Of a DNA stretch of 64,000 nucleotides, positions 1 to 10,538 are shown one piece after another. A program made the position numbers and the translations under genes. Position 1 is the first letter of the stretch. Each line of letters opens with the position of its first letter. The notes beneath the pieces were generated by a model. The model did no database searches and was not told where the DNA came from. It saw nothing but the letters and a program-made list of their open reading frames with translations. The stretch covers positions 46,163-110,162 of IMG/VR virus record IMGVR_UViG_3300024262_000019, one strand, 5' to 3'. The stretch comes from a virus.

Positions 1-1629
1 GGTTCCGTCGCCGGAATCCATAACCTCTGCCGTGACGGCAGTCCCTTTGAGAACAGATGGAACATCAAGAGCACCGGTATCCGTGATGGTCACGAAGTCC
101 GAGTTATCGTTCATGATATCTGGGAAATACAGAGCATCTCCTGCATCATCGAATACGATCTCTTCGTATGTTTCCTTGACCTCATCTTCGCCGGTGAAGC
201 CGCTAGTCAGGAGAACCGTCACGTCATACTTTGAGTATGTTCCAGCGCCAGTGACTGCCTGGGTTCCAGATGTGAAATAGTTCTCGTTTCCTGAGATACG
301 CAGCGTGAGACTGTCCGACCAGGAGCCTACGTTATCGGCGTCCATCTCCCACATGCAGTAGCTGTAATCAACGATTACATCGTTGCCGAGGAAGGGAAGA
401 TCCGTGCCGCCGGTAAAGGTTACGCTAATAGCTCCAGTGGCATAATCAACAGTTCCAGCGACACCGGTGCCACCAGCTGTGGTTGCGGTAAATACGCCAA
501 GTCCATTGTCCGTAACCGTCTGCAGGGCACCGCCTGCTTCGTAGTCTGCGGTCATAGATAGGGCATCGGGACCGTTGTCGGTTCCAATGGTCCTGGCCGC
601 AAACGTCATAGTCAGAACGCCAGTGTCTCGATCCAGTGAAGCTGAGGAGATACGAGCAGCATCGGCGCCACCAACAGTGGATACACCGGTGATAGTTGCC
701 GTCTTAACATCGTTGTCCGTACCGCCGGACATGACAGCCGCGCCGAACGATGTCGTGCCACCGGTCGTAGTGGTAGCAAGCGCGTTGCCAGCCGTGCCAC
801 CCAGAAGGGCCCAAACATCTACCGTCGAACCAGGGGTAACTACTGCTGCAGCAGCATCAGGGTTGACGACCGTGCCTGTTCCGTAGAGAGATCCAATACC
901 AGTGCCAGCAGTAACGGCGGCAACCAGGTTATTTAGTGCAGTGGTGTCCGAGGCACCGATAAGGACGCTATTTGCGCCACCGAGCACCGTATTGAACGTG
1001 TACGTTACGCTGCCAATCGTGACAGTATCCGTATCCACGATTGGACCACCAGACACCGTGAGCAGTTCGGTTGCCTGAATAGACTCTGTCCAGTTCAGGG
1101 TAACGAGTGCGTCTGTTAGGGGGAAGGCTGCAAGAGCCGCACTGACATGGGGACCAACAACGGCTTCGCCGATAGCTGGAGTGAATGTCATCGCTTCGCC
1201 TGTGGTTCCACCGGCTGGATCATTGCGCCAACCAACAACAACCGACCCCTTGAACAGGGGAACATTGGCCATCGTAGCGCCAAGGGTAACGGTAGCGCCC
1301 GTACCAAGGCCAAGGGCCTCGGCTACAACTGGCTCAGTGACACAGGATTCACCTGCAACCGAGTCGGTTGGGACAACACGAACTACGTACGCCCTGGTCC
1401 CACCGTTGGCGAAGAATGCCTGTACGGTAATTGGGACACGAGAGTCGTTCGTATACTCACCGAATGTACGAACAAAGTCGTCGTTGCTGGTTATCAGCTT
1501 GGCTACGTTGTCTGGACCTCTGCCGGTCCATCCCATTGTGGCCATTGTTGAGGTTCCAACTGCATCGACCTGTTGGCCGCTGACATTGACTTCCTCAATA
1601 AAAATACCCGGTGAAAGAAATTCAGCCAC
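1..1629 (-). CDS. Tail sheath protein (T4 gp18-like), 3' end outside the window
   Basis: Not in the ORF track because it runs off the window. GTG start at 1629 after AGGAGG translates MAEFLSPGIFIEEVNV...GTSTMATMGWTGRGP...TFG...AFFANGGTRAYVVRV, the typical contractile-sheath N-terminus. Confidence 0.93.
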   Translation of the reverse strand, partial: MAEFLSPGIFIEEVNVSGQQVDAVGTSTMATMGWTGRGPDNVAKLITSNDDFVRTFGEYTNDSRVPITVQAFFANGGTRAYVVRVVPTDSVAGESCVTEPVVAEALGLGTGATVTLGATMANVPLFKGSVVVGWRNDPAGGTTGEAMTFTPAIGEAVVGPHVSAALAAFPLTDALVTLNWTESIQATELLTVSGGPIVDTDTVTIGSVTYTFNTVLGGANSVLIGASDTTALNNLVAAVTAGTGIGSLYGTGTVVNPDAAAAVVTPGSTVDVWALLGGTAGNALATTTTGGTTSFGAAVMSGGTDNDVKTATITGVSTVGGADAARISSASLDRDTGVLTMTFAARTIGTDNGPDALSMTADYEAGGALQTVTDNGLGVFTATTAGGTGVAGTVDYATGAISVTFTGGTDLPFLGNDVIVDYSYCMWEMDADNVGSWSDSLTLRISGNENYFTSGTQAVTGAGTYSKYDVTVLLTSGFTGEDEVKETYEEIVFDDAGDALYFPDIMNDNSDFVTITDTGALDVPSVLKGTAVTAEVMDSGDGT

Positions 1630-1673
1630 TATTGCCTCCTAGATGATCAAATTCAGAGGCCAGTAGATCAGCA

Positions 1674-2156
1674 TTAGTCCTTTCGCTTGAAAGTCCTTTT
1701 GCTTCTCTTTTTGGGTATCTCTGCGGCATCAGCCTTGGTCTGCTTGTTCGAATTACTCTGGGTATCTTTTTTCTGAATATCAGATTGTTTTTTTACGGCT
1801 TTTGCACTCTTTTTAGCCGGTTCGATACCCTGTGATTCGTTCGCGACCTTAACATGGCTTAGATGATGACTACTGGAAGTATCCAGATCTACTAAGCTAG
1901 GTACCGACGCAGGCTTGATTGGCAGATCTTCCTTTGTCTTTATTTTTACTGGAGCTGGCCTGGTCACACTGGACACTGCCACCACCGGATCTCCACCCCT
2001 ATTAGCAAGCTTCCTCTCCCGTACAAGGTTCCAAACGTAAGCACTCATCTGCTCAGGCTTTACGTATGTCTTCTTCCTGGGTGGAAAATGAAGCAATGAG
2101 CCGTCAAATGCTTCGACTGCTTGTGTTTCAGGTGTCGGGTTGTAGATCCAAGGCAT
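1674..2156 (-). CDS. Hypothetical protein with Lys-rich C-terminus
   Basis: 160-aa ORF in tight operon; GGAG RBS upstream. Confidence 0.6.
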   Translation of the reverse strand: MPWIYNPTPETQAVEAFDGSLLHFPPRKKTYVKPEQMSAYVWNLVRERKLANRGGDPVVAVSSVTRPAPVKIKTKEDLPIKPASVPSLVDLDTSSSHHLSHVKVANESQGIEPAKKSAKAVKKQSDIQKKDTQSNSNKQTKADAAEIPKKRSKRTFKRKD

Positions 2157-2178
2157 CTTGTCACTCCATTTATATCTT

Positions 2179-2898
2179 CTAAAGAAGTCCGGTATTTACA
2201 GTAGGAAGCCCAGACATCGCCCGCTGGACAACAGGGTCATTCAAATCAAGCTCAGCTTCCACTCGCAGGGTAATGTTGAAGTTAGTCTCCCTACCAGCAA
2301 CATCTGGCTTTGTATCCAGCGCCGATGGGCTCTCCATGAATGCCGTATAGCTACGAAGGTCGTCATTGCTGTCCTTTAGGTAGACAGTCGTATACGGAGG
2401 ATATCTCTTCAGCGTATGACGAAGCATTTGCATTGCTTCTACCTTAAGATTGTTGCGATACCGCGCACGAATCTGGATTGTGTACATCAGATCGAAAGGC
2501 ACCGCCTGGGCCTTGTTCTCATACTGATCGAATCCCTCGGCCATGGTGTCTCCGGTCCTTGGATTCAAAATCGTAACAGGGGAGGCGCTGGTGGCTGGAA
2601 CGCGATACTGCTCATTCCCAGGATGCCACCTACTCATAGCTGGAGTTATGTCATCCCTCCTGATCACAAACGAAGGCAAGATCTTCGGATCTATCGTCTC
2701 GTCTGGGAACGCAAAGTAGATGGGAATACCCTCGAACTCAATATTCCCCGTAGGCGGAGGAGGACTTACGCCGAGTACATCCACAACATACATATCGCCA
2801 ATCGTATTCACGACTCCGCCGAGAGTGGTAATCACCCCTCTGTCAAAATCTGACAGCCATACATCTCCATTGCGTTCATTTTCCTGAGAAAGAACCAT
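2179..2898 (-). CDS. Tail completion/terminator protein (T4 gp15-like)
   Basis: Position between neck and sheath genes; LPSFVIRRDDITP and AVPFDLMYTIQIRAR motifs resemble gp15-type proteins. Confidence 0.6.
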   Translation of the reverse strand: MVLSQENERNGDVWLSDFDRGVITTLGGVVNTIGDMYVVDVLGVSPPPPTGNIEFEGIPIYFAFPDETIDPKILPSFVIRRDDITPAMSRWHPGNEQYRVPATSASPVTILNPRTGDTMAEGFDQYENKAQAVPFDLMYTIQIRARYRNNLKVEAMQMLRHTLKRYPPYTTVYLKDSNDDLRSYTAFMESPSALDTKPDVAGRETNFNITLRVEAELDLNDPVVQRAMSGLPTVNTGLL

Positions 2899-3737
2899 TA
2901 GCGACCTAGCCTATTCTGGAAACCAGCAAATTTTGAAGCCTGTCCAGAAGATATCTTATCCAGTTTAGGCGGGAAGCTCTTGTACCGTTTTGAATTTGGA
3001 TTAGTCATGGTCTGCCCAATGATCTTCTCACTGATTGCCATCCTGCCTATGCTACTGCTGATCGACTTAATCATCCTCCTGAACACCGGCTTCGACTTTC
3101 CACTCCCACCGCCAAACTCCATCTCTAGAGCCTGCATGGCAACGTCGGGTATCGCCTTGCTCCTCCTTGTCACCTTGCCAGGATCTCCAGGCTTGCCCTT
3201 CTTTATCTTCCTGCCCATCTCGCGAAGCTCGGACCTGATTCCCGCAATCTTCCCACTCTGCATCTTGGCAACCTTGTCGGCTTCCTTCTTCGTCACCTTG
3301 CGCTGGATAACGGTAGCCTCCTTCTTTGTTGGCCAAAAAGGAATCGTGTCAGCTGTCCATGGCCCCTTGTCCTCTAGAATCTGTACAGCAGGATCTGGCC
3401 TAACGAGACGCTTCTTGGCTCGCACATAGAGCACGGTCTTGGGAACATCGAGCTTACGTATCCGCTTGGATTTTGTTGGGGCATATATCGCATACCCAGC
3501 TCGGTTTTTGCCGCCAACGCCAATCTCAACTAGCTGTAAAGACTCCTTTAGATCTGCATAGTCAGACCCACCAGGAATCTCGTCTTTGATCATATCAAAG
3601 GCATTTTTAGCAGCGAGATAGCTCACGATTTTATGAAGAGCTTCCGCCCTCTCGGTAAGCTCCTTGGTCACCAACCTCCAGTTGTTTATGGTGCTTGGTG
3701 ACTTCTGGATATCTACAAATCTGCCGCCCTTGGGCAT
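2898..3737 (-). CDS. Basic virion-morphogenesis protein, unknown function
   Basis: 279-aa K/R-rich ORF translationally coupled in the neck/tail operon. Confidence 0.55.
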   Translation of the reverse strand: MPKGGRFVDIQKSPSTINNWRLVTKELTERAEALHKIVSYLAAKNAFDMIKDEIPGGSDYADLKESLQLVEIGVGGKNRAGYAIYAPTKSKRIRKLDVPKTVLYVRAKKRLVRPDPAVQILEDKGPWTADTIPFWPTKKEATVIQRKVTKKEADKVAKMQSGKIAGIRSELREMGRKIKKGKPGDPGKVTRRSKAIPDVAMQALEMEFGGGSGKSKPVFRRMIKSISSSIGRMAISEKIIGQTMTNPNSKRYKSFPPKLDKISSGQASKFAGFQNRLGR

Positions 3738-3738
3738 G

Positions 3739-4152
3739 TTAACCCCTGAACCGAATCACTGGCTTATCGGGAGGGTCATCCTCTCTAATCTCGGAATCGC
3801 CATCCTTGGAGAGTAGGACTAGATTCGGAGCCTGCTTACCCTCTGGCTTCAATTTTTTCATCAGCTCAATATGCTCAACGCAGACGCCTATGACACGAGG
3901 ATGTTCACTCACTCTGATCGCATGAGTGGCCTTGTTTCCGCACCGAAAACAGAACTGATCGAACTGGGTCATCGGACCCTTGTACTCATGGAAGGCACCT
4001 CCAGCGATCGGACCTCCGCACCCGTCAACGGCAAGACACCTGCCATCTGGAACACCCCTATCCCTGGCATTCCAATAGTTCTCACATGTAGCGCAAACCA
4101 CATTGAGGCCATCGCCGATGGCTGCAGCTATCTTCATTTGATCCAATGGCAC
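3739..4152 (-). CDS. Cys-rich (Zn-binding) hypothetical protein
   Basis: CATC, C-x4-C, CFRC, CVEH motifs. Confidence 0.6.
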   Translation of the reverse strand: MPLDQMKIAAAIGDGLNVVCATCENYWNARDRGVPDGRCLAVDGCGGPIAGGAFHEYKGPMTQFDQFCFRCGNKATHAIRVSEHPRVIGVCVEHIELMKKLKPEGKQAPNLVLLSKDGDSEIREDDPPDKPVIRFRG

Positions 4153-6413
4153 TAGCTATACCTAGCCTTCTCCCTGTGCATATCCCGATATGTGTTCAAG
4201 AACATGCCCTCTGGGGCAACTCCGGCGGTAGCAGCTGCTGAGCGCATTGCTCCTAGGACATTCTTAACATCGGACAGCCTAGATGCTCGCTCCCTGTCAA
4301 TGACACTTGGATCTGCAAACATCCTGGTAGTCATAATCTCCCTATCCTGGTCTGGGGAATCAGTGCTACATGCATGCGGCGTCATATAGCTCTTAGCCAG
4401 CCCTGGGCCTTCGCTGGGGTTGCCAGCTGGACCGTAAACCGTCCTACCCAGATCTGGATATGCATCCTCCACACACATGGCGACGTCGTCGCTGGCTGCC
4501 TGTAAAGCCCTGTACGAATACCCAATAAGCGCCGGGACTACTCCCTCATCCATCGACAGATTGGCAAGAAGAGAGAATGATTCCTTCGTCAGTGCCGATG
4601 GCATCGAGACACGGGATTCAACCCCCCGCCAGGCATGGAAGAAATCACCAGCGCCATTCTGGTACGCAGAAACGAGAGATTGTGACTCCTCGACAGGAAG
4701 CATTGCGATGCTTGCCAACTGGCAAACCTCATCCCAATCCAATTGAGACAGAGCCTCGATAACCGCCTGACCTACCAGGTCGCTCGCCTCAAACCTGGAA
4801 AATACATCGAACGGATCTTCCGTTCTGTATGAGGACTCGCCATCGAGAACATCTCGCATCTCCGACAGCAGGGACCCACTTCTGGCAACCGACTCACCTA
4901 CGCTGGCAGTTCCAGCTGGACCTTTCTCACGCTTTGGAGCGGCATCCGCCTTGGCCTTCTGATCTGCAATACCAGGTCTATTAGCCATGAACTTCTTGTG
5001 AAACCCAGACAGAGCCTGCCCAATTCGATGCAAAACTCCACGCTTTTTAGGAGCTGAATCATCAGCTGCGGATTTAGCTGCACTCGGAGCTGCTGCCCTA
5101 GCTGCGCTTGGAGCTGCCTGAGCATTATCAGAGCCACCCTTGGCGCGACCATGGAGATACCCAGCACCCTGAGCAGCATGGCCAACGGCAGCTCCTGCTA
5201 GTTTAAATGGAGCAGCGGCAGCTTTACCCATAAGGCCAAGGGCCTTCTTGCCCATCTCCTTCCGGCTAGCACTTTTAGCGCTCTTATCCGCCTGGCTGAC
5301 TGCCTGCTTCTTAGCCTGCAATTTCATCTTGGCGTCGTGAGCCTCCTTGCTGCCATGAGTCGCCAGCATCCCAGAGAAGCCAGTGGACTTGGCTGCTGCA
5401 GCCTTCTTGGCAAGTGGATCTACTCCGGCAACATCCTTAGCGTGCATCTTAGCCTGCCTTCTGGCAGCCTTGTCTAAGCCAGTCCTAGCCTTATCACTGG
5501 CCTTGCCAACCGTCTGCTTACGCAAACGTGACGCACCCCTGGCCATGGCCTTATCCATCCTGGCCACACCTTGCTTACGTACATCTGACTTCTGCTTCAA
5601 CAGGGAAGCACCCTTGGATAAAGATTGATCCATCCTCGACGATCCCTGTTGCTGAGCAAGAACCTTGCTAGCACTAGGGAATTTGCTCATATCTACTTTT
5701 TCAAAGTGATACTGCACGTCCTCTGACATCGGTCTGTCTGGGTAGCAAAGAGCCTCAAGAACTTCCTCTGCAAGACCGTCTGGACCGTTCTCAACCAGAT
5801 CTCCTAGGTAAGCAAACCCTTCAGGTCCGACCCACTCATAAAATTCGGCAATGTCCATAAAGTCATCAGGGCTAATGACTGCAAGATGCTCAAGGGCAAT
5901 GTCGTATTCGGAGTCCGTAGAACCCATGTATTCGCTGGCGATATACGAAGCTATAAAATCATCTTCGTTCAATATCTCCGGCTCATCAAATCTGAATGGT
6001 GCTGGATAGCTCTCACTAACGATGCCAACCAACTCTTCGATCAAGGCGCTAGACCTGCCGTACAGAGTGCTCTCGTCGAACGTTGGAGTTAGTCCATAGA
6101 CATTGCGAAGCACCATAGCCACGTCTGGAGCTAGGCCAGCGGATAGCCCCATCGACTCAAGGTACCCAACGATGACCTTCTTAGGAATACAGTCCGACTT
6201 ACGCAGACCTGACTCTTTAACGATCATCTTCGCAACTTCATCCGGAATATATCCAGCGCCAGGTGATACCTGACCCGATGGATCAAACTGACTTACGTTT
6301 GGGTTTCCAAGAAAAAGTGCCTGGCCGGGGCCGCTCATCATCCAAGTAGACATAACCATATCTCCTATGGCGGGGTTATCCGCCCTGTATCCTGCAGAGA
6401 TCTGAATTTCCAT
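4152..6413 (-). CDS. Large hypothetical protein: acidic ends, Ala/Lys-rich centre (possible internal head protein)
   Basis: 753-aa ORF; true start may be near 6359; overlaps the end of the upstream HNH gene. Confidence 0.6.
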   Translation of the reverse strand: MEIQISAGYRADNPAIGDMVMSTWMMSGPGQALFLGNPNVSQFDPSGQVSPGAGYIPDEVAKMIVKESGLRKSDCIPKKVIVGYLESMGLSAGLAPDVAMVLRNVYGLTPTFDESTLYGRSSALIEELVGIVSESYPAPFRFDEPEILNEDDFIASYIASEYMGSTDSEYDIALEHLAVISPDDFMDIAEFYEWVGPEGFAYLGDLVENGPDGLAEEVLEALCYPDRPMSEDVQYHFEKVDMSKFPSASKVLAQQQGSSRMDQSLSKGASLLKQKSDVRKQGVARMDKAMARGASRLRKQTVGKASDKARTGLDKAARRQAKMHAKDVAGVDPLAKKAAAAKSTGFSGMLATHGSKEAHDAKMKLQAKKQAVSQADKSAKSASRKEMGKKALGLMGKAAAAPFKLAGAAVGHAAQGAGYLHGRAKGGSDNAQAAPSAARAAAPSAAKSAADDSAPKKRGVLHRIGQALSGFHKKFMANRPGIADQKAKADAAPKREKGPAGTASVGESVARSGSLLSEMRDVLDGESSYRTEDPFDVFSRFEASDLVGQAVIEALSQLDWDEVCQLASIAMLPVEESQSLVSAYQNGAGDFFHAWRGVESRVSMPSALTKESFSLLANLSMDEGVVPALIGYSYRALQAASDDVAMCVEDAYPDLGRTVYGPAGNPSEGPGLAKSYMTPHACSTDSPDQDREIMTTRMFADPSVIDRERASRLSDVKNVLGAMRSAAATAGVAPEGMFLNTYRDMHREKARYS

Positions 6414-7111
6414 CCCTGCTCACTTAGCGTCTCAATTTGATGACAATTTGCACATAGAACTGCACACTTGCCTATCTCATCCTCGATAACTGACAATGGT
6501 CTTTTTCTGTTTACCAGGAAAGCTATCGCACCAACCTTTCCATCGCCGTGAAGATGGTGAAATTCCAACATAGTTGGATCTGACTCTCCGCAGGATATGC
6601 ATGGATTGCTGGATAAATATTCAATGACGTGCCTCTGACCTACTCTTGTCGGAGGTATCTCGGAAACCTTGTAGTTATTGGACCTGATTGCAGTTCTTCT
6701 TCTGTGGCAATTTCTACAAACTACTTCACATTTTTCCATTTCAATGGAAATAGCATCCCATGACCTTGAAAAAGCACCCCTGCCAATGCCAAACCTCTTA
6801 TCCCTCAAATGATCAAACTCCAAAACACGAAAGTCATCGCGTCCACAGTCAACACATGAACTACACTTCAGTATCTCAATTATCTTTATCGATTTAGCAT
6901 TCTTATACTTGGTAGTTCTTGAGCACACGTCGGAGCTATGCCTCGTATACCTGCGACGATTGCTAGAATTCCTGCAATCTTTGCAGTGAGAAGCTCTTCC
7001 ACTTCCATCTGGCCTACGATGAAAACAATCGATATCCAGCTCCAGCTCACACTTCGTGCAAGTCTTGGCCACAACCAAACCGCCGTCATTCAGTGCAATC
7101 CTACGCTTCAT
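6365..7111 (-). CDS. Free-standing HNH endonuclease with two HNH repeats
   Basis: N-terminal CTKC...CKDC zinc finger, then twice CxxCG...LEF(D/H)HL...KCxVxCxNCH. Confidence 0.85.
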   Translation of the reverse strand: MKRRIALNDGGLVVAKTCTKCELELDIDCFHRRPDGSGRASHCKDCRNSSNRRRYTRHSSDVCSRTTKYKNAKSIKIIEILKCSSCVDCGRDDFRVLEFDHLRDKRFGIGRGAFSRSWDAISIEMEKCEVVCRNCHRRRTAIRSNNYKVSEIPPTRVGQRHVIEYLSSNPCISCGESDPTMLEFHHLHGDGKVGAIAFLVNRKRPLSVIEDEIGKCAVLCANCHQIETLSEQGWKFRSLQDTGRITPP

Positions 7112-7611
7112 GGGATTTGAATCCGCCGCTCCGCTCCGAACTGAGAGCGCCTTTTCAGAGTCAATTTAAACTGCGTAAATGTTGGAGAGTCATTGATGTG
7201 GCCATCGTGCTCTGCCTTGATAACATCAAAAAACATACCCTTACCCATCGACCATCTGTCGTGATACGGCGTTCGCCACATCTCAATGATGTCGGTCTCG
7301 GATGGGTACGGAAGATTCTTCTCATCCATGGAAGCTCGGCTTATTATTGCCTGCGCATCCCAGTCCCTGCCAAAACCATACTCTTCGGCGAGAGGCTGGT
7401 ACTGAGGGTACTTAACAAGGGCGCCAACGCGATGTGGACCGTCGAAGATTCTCTCCGTAGGCTCACCGTAGAGCGGATCAACTCTCTGCCTATTCCTTAT
7501 ACTGGTGGCATCGAGGGCGTAGTAGTTGATCTCAACGCCAGCAAGATCAATCAAGTCTTGATTGATGCAGTCGAATAAATCGACTTCGCTATCGTCGAGA
7601 ACCTTGCCCAC
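7108..7611 (-). CDS. Neck/head-closure protein (T4 gp14-like)
   Basis: INQDLIDLAGVEINYY...DPLYGEP motif, located near the gp13-like gene. Confidence 0.7.
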   Translation of the reverse strand: MGKVLDDSEVDLFDCINQDLIDLAGVEINYYALDATSIRNRQRVDPLYGEPTERIFDGPHRVGALVKYPQYQPLAEEYGFGRDWDAQAIISRASMDEKNLPYPSETDIIEMWRTPYHDRWSMGKGMFFDVIKAEHDGHINDSPTFTQFKLTLKRRSQFGAERRIQIP

Positions 7612-8234
7612 TACTTCTTCCTGGCGGCCACTACGGCCTTCTCAAATTTGGAGACCTTGGCATCATGATCTTTCGACTTAGCCTTGGCGCCAGATATGCC
7701 TCGACCCTTCTTGGTCATCTCGGCAGTACCCTTTTTGATCCTTCCAGACTTCTGTAGGCTAGCTCGACATATGGCATATGCTCGACTGAGCTTATTACTG
7801 CTACCACTCACCGGGTTACCGCTCTGATCCTTAGCAGCCCTACCCATGACATCCGAAATGCACCGCTTCTCCAGTTCAGAGGTATCCTCGTGGAGAGACA
7901 TCACATCCTTGACAGATATAAGACCTTCGGAGGCATAATATTTCCTCTCCATCTCCTTAGCCTTTGGCGTAGTCATCTTTGGCTTATCAACGTTACGCCC
8001 TGCATCGCCATGTCTCTTTCGAGATTTTATCAACCCAACAGTAGATGTTGGATTTGGCTTGTAATCGACACCTCGCTTACGAAGTCGATCGGACTTTTCT
8101 GTCTCCGACTTCTTAATCGACGCTTTTCGATCTGCTCTAGCCTGCAGCTCATCCTCTGGCTGCCGTCTCAGCTTGTAAGCCTGGTCGAAGCTGATACGTG
8201 GTTTGCTTTTCCGCTTTTCAATTATGTAAGGCAT
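7611..8234 (-). CDS. Highly basic hypothetical protein
   Basis: 207-aa coupled ORF with AYAICRASLQKSG motif. Confidence 0.6.
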   Translation of the reverse strand: MPYIIEKRKSKPRISFDQAYKLRRQPEDELQARADRKASIKKSETEKSDRLRKRGVDYKPNPTSTVGLIKSRKRHGDAGRNVDKPKMTTPKAKEMERKYYASEGLISVKDVMSLHEDTSELEKRCISDVMGRAAKDQSGNPVSGSSNKLSRAYAICRASLQKSGRIKKGTAEMTKKGRGISGAKAKSKDHDAKVSKFEKAVVAARKK

Positions 8235-8239
8235 GACTA

Positions 8240-8974
8240 TTACTGAGCAAAGAATGGCATTGGCATCGCGCTACCGTAGATCTCTTCTTCTAGCTTTGCC
8301 ATCTCTTTTTCAGCCTGCGCCAATAGGGCTGGACCATTCAATTGGACCTGCCCCTGGGCCGTAGGCCACGAAGAGTATTTACTGTAGATATTGCCAAGAT
8401 CTTCCTTAGCATAGGCGAGAGCATACCTCTTAACCAGATCATGGTCACGCTCTGGAAGCTGCTCTATCGTATTGCAGGTACTCTTGTATTCAACATACGC
8501 CTTGCCGCCGCCCTTGGGATTTGGAAGCAACAGAAGGATGTTTTTATATGGGAAGTACATCCAGTTCCTCTCGGAATTGATGATGCGCTTAGCCATGTCC
8601 ACATACTGAAGCGACTGCACCAAGGAGCTGTAGAGTCCAGCTGAGCTTGGTGCAGCGAATGCGTTATATGGGACCTTCTCGTCCGCGATGATGTGCGGCG
8701 CAAAGATCAACGATATGTCCAACGGGCTAACCTGAAAGGACACATCGATGACCGCATCGCAGTCTTCTGGCATGAGGTACTCGACCTGTCCAGAATACAG
8801 ATCGAGCGTCAGATCTCTCTCTACGCCCTTCTTGGCAGCGAACCAACGCTTAGCCTCATGGACGGCGTCTTCGATATGAAGCTCGTCGAGGCAAACCTTA
8901 GCTATCGGACTCCCCAGACGACGAAGAATCCAAGCCTTCACCTCCGCCTCCGTCATTAGCCGTTCGCATGCCAT
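8240..8974 (-). CDS. Neck protein / head-tail adaptor (T4 gp13-like)
   Basis: WILRRLGSP..V.L....ED at the N-terminus and KRYALAYAKEDLG...KY...LNG at the C-terminus. Confidence 0.85.
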   Translation of the reverse strand: MACERLMTEAEVKAWILRRLGSPIAKVCLDELHIEDAVHEAKRWFAAKKGVERDLTLDLYSGQVEYLMPEDCDAVIDVSFQVSPLDISLIFAPHIIADEKVPYNAFAAPSSAGLYSSLVQSLQYVDMAKRIINSERNWMYFPYKNILLLLPNPKGGGKAYVEYKSTCNTIEQLPERDHDLVKRYALAYAKEDLGNIYSKYSSWPTAQGQVQLNGPALLAQAEKEMAKLEEEIYGSAMPMPFFAQ

Positions 8975-9314
8975 CTTCTACCTCTTCCTTTTTGTTCTTC
9001 TTAGAGCGTTTGCTCTTTGACTTGGAAGCTGGTTCAAGATCTGGAGCCGTTTCCATAACAAGTTCTGGCTCCGCTGGAATCTCAATTTCAGCCACTTTCG
9101 CTGGAATCTCGACTGCAACAGCCATCTCCGCTGGAGACTCCTGCTTATCCTGAGTAACGCTTCCGCCAGTCTCAACTATGAAACCAAGCGCCATCAGTGG
9201 GGCCCAATTATTGGCCGCATCATCCTCAACTACTTCGCCTTCGCCAAGGTAACGACCAGACTGGTCTGGATATGCGACGGGACCGCAGTTGTCTACTTTT
9301 TTGTATTTAGCCAT
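8898..9314 (-). CDS. Hypothetical protein
   Basis: 138-aa ORF downstream of the capsid locus, coupled to neighbours. Confidence 0.55.
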   Translation of the reverse strand: MAKYKKVDNCGPVAYPDQSGRYLGEGEVVEDDAANNWAPLMALGFIVETGGSVTQDKQESPAEMAVAVEIPAKVAEIEIPAEPELVMETAPDLEPASKSKSKRSKKNKKEEVEDGMRTANDGGGGEGLDSSSSGESDS

Positions 9315-9315
9315 T

Positions 9316-9594
9316 TCATTCCTCTATCCCAAGGATACGAAGGTCTGTCTCCATCTGGAGAAGCCTATCATCCGTTTCCCTTGAAGTGTTGCGGATCTCT
9401 TGTACCAAACTACTCATCTTATCCGCCATTCTTGATATCTCAACAATGGTTTGTCGATGTCTGGCAACCTCTTCGTAGGCAGGCTCATGGCCGTTCGATC
9501 CGTTTCCATTAGGATATTCGCCGTATTCATCATCGGCATCCTCCCCTATTCCAAGGGTTTTCATCTCTGCGATCACATCAGCTGGAACGGCCAT
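9316..9594 (-). CDS. Hypothetical coiled-coil protein
   Basis: 92-aa ORF with GAGGAGG RBS. Confidence 0.6.
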   Translation of the reverse strand: MAVPADVIAEMKTLGIGEDADDEYGEYPNGNGSNGHEPAYEEVARHRQTIVEISRMADKMSSLVQEIRNTSRETDDRLLQMETDLRILGIEE

Positions 9595-9695
9595 GTTACC
9601 TCCTCAGACAACTATCAAAAAATTATCACAGTTGCCGAATTACCTCTACCAAGTCTAGATCCATATCCAGTGGTAACCATCGCATATTCAGCACA

Positions 9696-10532
9696 TTACT
9701 TCATCAATCCAGCTCGACGACGTGTACGTTTGTAACACTTGAGGCACTCGCCTTTGGCCACCACCTCTCGCCCACAGGCACATGCAGCCTTTGGGCTCTC
9801 AGTCCTCCGCCTTGACCACCAGCAAGTACGACACATCTCCTCCGTCCAGACATCCCCGCCGCAGCGGCAGCTTCCATCTGGACGTGAATCAACGTATTCC
9901 CGGTAAACCTGATACCGCTCCTCGCCGCGAATATGAGCCGGAGCATCGCCGTAAAGGTAGTCGCAAACCAGAACTGCTGGGGCGCCTGTGTGCTTGAAGG
10001 AATGCCAAGTGCACAATTCACCGGACATCACTCTTTCGTGATTGACCAGCTGACTGTGATTGACACCAGATCCAGCGACCAGCTCTTGATGAACCCTATC
10101 AGCGAACTCCTTGTTCTTGGCCGTGAACAGAACTCGCAATGTATCATTGCCCTGCTTCAGCCTTCGCTTCTCAATCTTAACACTCCCATCAGAATCCCAT
10201 AACCCGCGCAGGAAGTGCCCATGGAGATCAATAGGAAGGAAGCTAGGCCACTCTAGGTCTGTGGATTTCTTTCCGATGATGCCCTTCTCGGCAAACCAAT
10301 CAACCAGCCTGGATGAATCTACATAGACCGACAGGCAGTTCTTCTTCACCTGAAATCCAGCGTCCGGACAAATCAGTTCCCGCCACTTCAGGGCTGTGTC
10401 TTCGTTGCACACAAGCGTCACCCGATGGTTACCGCCGGCCCGGTAGACGTTCCCGTCGCCATACACAAGCCCAAGCCACCAGGCTAACTCAGGAGTCCAT
10501 CTGTCCAGGAAATCCCATCTAATGTCTTTCAT
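9696..10532 (-). CDS. Free-standing LAGLIDADG homing endonuclease with C-terminal Cys-rich repeats
   Basis: Two LAGLIDADG helices, LAWWLGLVYGDGNV and FLRGLWDSDGSV; has its own promoter. Confidence 0.88.
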   Translation of the reverse strand: MKDIRWDFLDRWTPELAWWLGLVYGDGNVYRAGGNHRVTLVCNEDTALKWRELICPDAGFQVKKNCLSVYVDSSRLVDWFAEKGIIGKKSTDLEWPSFLPIDLHGHFLRGLWDSDGSVKIEKRRLKQGNDTLRVLFTAKNKEFADRVHQELVAGSGVNHSQLVNHERVMSGELCTWHSFKHTGAPAVLVCDYLYGDAPAHIRGEERYQVYREYVDSRPDGSCRCGGDVWTEEMCRTCWWSRRRTESPKAACACGREVVAKGECLKCYKRTRRRAGLMK

Positions 10533-10538
10533 GAAACC

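Noticed and set aside
32-1642. Several plus-strand ORFs over the first 1.6 kb
   Set aside because: Shadow ORFs of the minus-strand tail sheath gene, which the track missed because it lacks a stop inside the window.
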